From: an uncultured bacterium
Lineage (GTDB): Bacteria > Babelota > Babeliae > Babelales > Babelaceae
Length of the DNA stretch: 64,000 bases
Assembly (NCBI GenBank): GCA_963824495.1
Contig: CAWGPQ010000006.1
Span: 64,001 to 128,000, forward strand
Direction of reading: 5' to 3'
In this document: positions 61,442-64,000 of the stretch, piece after piece
How the letters are laid out: each line of letters begins with the position of its first letter
Position numbering within the stretch: the first letter of the stretch is position 1
Notes under the pieces: model-generated
What the model was told of the DNA's origin: nothing
Databases searched by the model: none
The model's input: the letters and a program-made list of their open reading frames with translations, nothing else
Position numbers and translations under genes: made by a program

Positions 61442-64000
61442 ATGATAGCAGCACTGTTAGCAAAAGTTTTTGGCACAAATAATGCCCGTCAGCTGAAGCG
61501 CATGCAACCATTGGTCGCTCAAATTAACGCTTTCGAGCCTATGGTACAAGCAATGAGCGACGAGCAGTTTCCGGTAAAAACCCAACAGTTTCGTGAGCAG
61601 GTTGCTCAAGGGCGTTCCCTTGATGATATTTTACCAGAAGCTTATGCACTCGTTCGTGAAATGGCACGGAGAAAGCTGGGGCAGCGTCATTATGATGTCC
61701 AGCTGGTTGGTGGTATTGTTCTTCATAAGGGCATGATTTCTGAAATGAAAACAGGTGAAGGAAAAACGCTTACTGCCACACTCGCTCTTTATTTAAATGC
61801 TCTGTCTGGTAAAGGTGCTCATCTTGTGACAGTTAATGATTATCTGGCGCGACGTGATGCTGAGTGGATGAGTCCTATTTATAACGCCCTTGGGCTTACC
61901 GTAGGGGTTATTCAGAACTCAATGAACGACCGTGAGCGCAAGCAGATCTATGCATCGGATATTGTGTATGCTACCAATAATGAGTTGGGCTTCGATTATC
62001 TGCGCGATAACATGAAGTTTAGATTACAAGATTATGTTCAGCGTGATTTGCATTATGCTATCGTTGACGAAGTTGACTCTATTCTTATCGATGAAGCTCG
62101 AACACCGTTGATTATTTCTGGATCGTCAGATGAGAGCAGCAAGCTCTATGGGGAAGCTGATCGCGCTGTTGCTGGGCTTGTGCGAAATACTGATTATGAA
62201 GTTGACGAGAAAGTACGATCGGTTCAACTCACCGAAGCGGGCAACGATAAAATAGAAGCTACATTTGGTATCACTAATCTCTATGCGCTTGAAAATCTTC
62301 AACTCTTACATCACGTTAATCAGGCACTTCGTGCTCACGTAATTTTCAAGCGTGATGTCGATTACGTAGTAAAAGATCAGGAAGTGCTTATTGTCGATGA
62401 GTTTACGGGAAGAATATTAGCTGGTCGGCGTTATAGTGATGGATTGCACCAAGCACTTGAGGCGAAAGAGGGCGTAACTGTTGAGCGTGAAAATCAAACG
62501 TTGGCATCTATAACACTCCAAAACTACTTTAGGCTTTATAAAAAACTTGCTGGTATGACCGGTACGGCTGCCACTGAAGCTGAAGAGTTCCATAAAATCT
62601 ATAAGCTTAATGTTATTAGCATACCACCTAATCGGCCACTAATTCGTGAAGACAAACATGATCTTATTTTTCTTACTAAAAATGCAAAATATAAAGCTAT
62701 AGTCGAAGATATTAAGGGCCGTTATGCCAAGGGACAGCCAGTTCTTATTGGTACCATTGCTATCGAGACTTCAGAACTGCTCAGCAATGTCCTTACGCTT
62801 AATGGTATCCCTCACGATGTGCTTAACGCTAAGCAGCATGCTCGTGAAGCAGATATTATCGCACATGCTGGTGAAAAGTCTCACGTGACCATTGCAACGA
62901 ATATGGCTGGTCGTGGTACAGATATTAAACTTATTCCTGATTCGGTTAAGGCCGGAGGGCTCTATATCTTGGGAACTGAGCGTCATGAAAGTCGTCGAAT
63001 CGATAATCAGCTTCGTGGTCGCTCGGGACGACAGGGGGACCCGGGGGAATCCCGCTTTTATATTTCGCTTGAAGATGACCTAATACGTCGTTTTTCTGGC
63101 GATAGTCTTAAGAAAAATATGCATAAAGTTGGTATGACTGAAGATGAGGTTATCGAGTCTAAAATGATCTCGCGTATTATTGAAGGCTCTCAAGAAAAAG
63201 TTGAAAAACAAAATTTTGATTATCGTAAGCATCTGCTTGAATATGATGATATTCTCAATCAACAACGTATTGTAGTATACAAGTATCGGCGTGCTATTCT
63301 AGAAGGTGACAAGCAAAGCTTTGATTTGGTACGAGATCTTATTATAGGTTCAGTGCAAGATAGCGTTGCTGCGTATAACCCTCGATCAGGGGGAGCTGAT
63401 GCTGATCTTCAGGAACTTCTTAAAGCACTTTCACATATGACCGGTATTCCTCTGTCAGAATTTACCACACAGAATTTTAGAAACAGTAACCGTGAAGTGC
63501 TGCTTGATGGTATTATTAACTTCCTCCTCGAGCGCTATGAACGTTACAGTCAGTATACACGATCGGAAACGCCTTCGGATTCTTTGCCTAATAATGCTCA
63601 TGATACTATGCTTCATGAAGCCCAAAAATGGCTCATGCTTGAAGCCCTCGATAAAGCTTGGAAGCAACATATGCTTAACCTAGATCATCTGCGTGAAGGT
63701 ATTGGTTTGCGGAGCTGGGGGCAAAAGAATCCATTACTTGAGTATAAGCGTGAGGCATTTGCAATGTTTGAAGATATGATGCGTAATGTTCGTTGGGAAG
63801 TAGTCCATCATATATTTCACTTAAACCTTGAAAGATTTAATCACTTCGAGCTTGAACGCCGCCGCGAGCATGAGCTGAATCAGCTTAATCTTATCGGCAT
63901 AGAAGGTACACTCGATGTTGGAGCAGGCGTACTCGCTCCAAAAGTTGATCCTAAAATAGGAAGAAATACTGATTGCCCTTGTGGTTCAGGAAAGAAATAC
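61442..64000 (+). CDS. secA: Preprotein translocase ATPase SecA (stop just beyond window)
   Basis: Read manually: MKTGEGKT, VTVNDYLARRD, DEVDSILIDEARTPLIISG, TNMAGRGTDI, C-terminal GRNTDCPCGSGKKY. Confidence 0.98.
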   Translation, partial: MIAALLAKVFGTNNARQLKRMQPLVAQINAFEPMVQAMSDEQFPVKTQQFREQVAQGRSLDDILPEAYALVREMARRKLGQRHYDVQLVGGIVLHKGMISEMKTGEGKTLTATLALYLNALSGKGAHLVTVNDYLARRDAEWMSPIYNALGLTVGVIQNSMNDRERKQIYASDIVYATNNELGFDYLRDNMKFRLQDYVQRDLHYAIVDEVDSILIDEARTPLIISGSSDESSKLYGEADRAVAGLVRNTDYEVDEKVRSVQLTEAGNDKIEATFGITNLYALENLQLLHHVNQALRAHVIFKRDVDYVVKDQEVLIVDEFTGRILAGRRYSDGLHQALEAKEGVTVERENQTLASITLQNYFRLYKKLAGMTGTAATEAEEFHKIYKLNVISIPPNRPLIREDKHDLIFLTKNAKYKAIVEDIKGRYAKGQPVLIGTIAIETSELLSNVLTLNGIPHDVLNAKQHAREADIIAHAGEKSHVTIATNMAGRGTDIKLIPDSVKAGGLYILGTERHESRRIDNQLRGRSGRQGDPGESRFYISLEDDLIRRFSGDSLKKNMHKVGMTEDEVIESKMISRIIEGSQEKVEKQNFDYRKHLLEYDDILNQQRIVVYKYRRAILEGDKQSFDLVRDLIIGSVQDSVAAYNPRSGGADADLQELLKALSHMTGIPLSEFTTQNFRNSNREVLLDGIINFLLERYERYSQYTRSETPSDSLPNNAHDTMLHEAQKWLMLEALDKAWKQHMLNLDHLREGIGLRSWGQKNPLLEYKREAFAMFEDMMRNVRWEVVHHIFHLNLERFNHFELERRREHELNQLNLIGIEGTLDVGAGVLAPKVDPKIGRNTDCPCGSGKKY

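Overview
Bacterial chromosomal segment, AT-rich (GC roughly 40% by eye, not computed), standard genetic code. The gene content points to an intracellular, protist-associated bacterium, most plausibly Candidatus Dependentiae (TM6/Babelota); that assignment is inference, not shown directly. Core genes are intact: clpB (partial), uvrC, amino-acid ABC transporter, herA-like ATPase, atpC-atpD, lon, tyrS, rlmB-like methyltransferase, ftsQ-like/ftsA/ftsZ, pgeF, mscL, secA (partial). Between them lie many uncharacterised signal-peptide proteins, ankyrin proteins and at least eight broken accessory genes. The most unusual region is 7.9-21.4 kb. It holds a tandem array of seven mosaic paralogous exported proteins and a tiny Cys-rich secreted peptide behind a duplicated promoter. 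Converging on these is a tightly linked three-gene operon (537, 602, 1411 aa); the two larger proteins have hydrophobic/amphipathic helices, coiled coils and beta-sandwich domains, and a long hairpin abuts the first RBS. A window-wide pattern is that several exported proteins would start with Met after signal-peptide cleavage, and one then exposes a mitochondrial-presequence-like segment. No rRNA, tRNA, CRISPR array or transposase was recognised.
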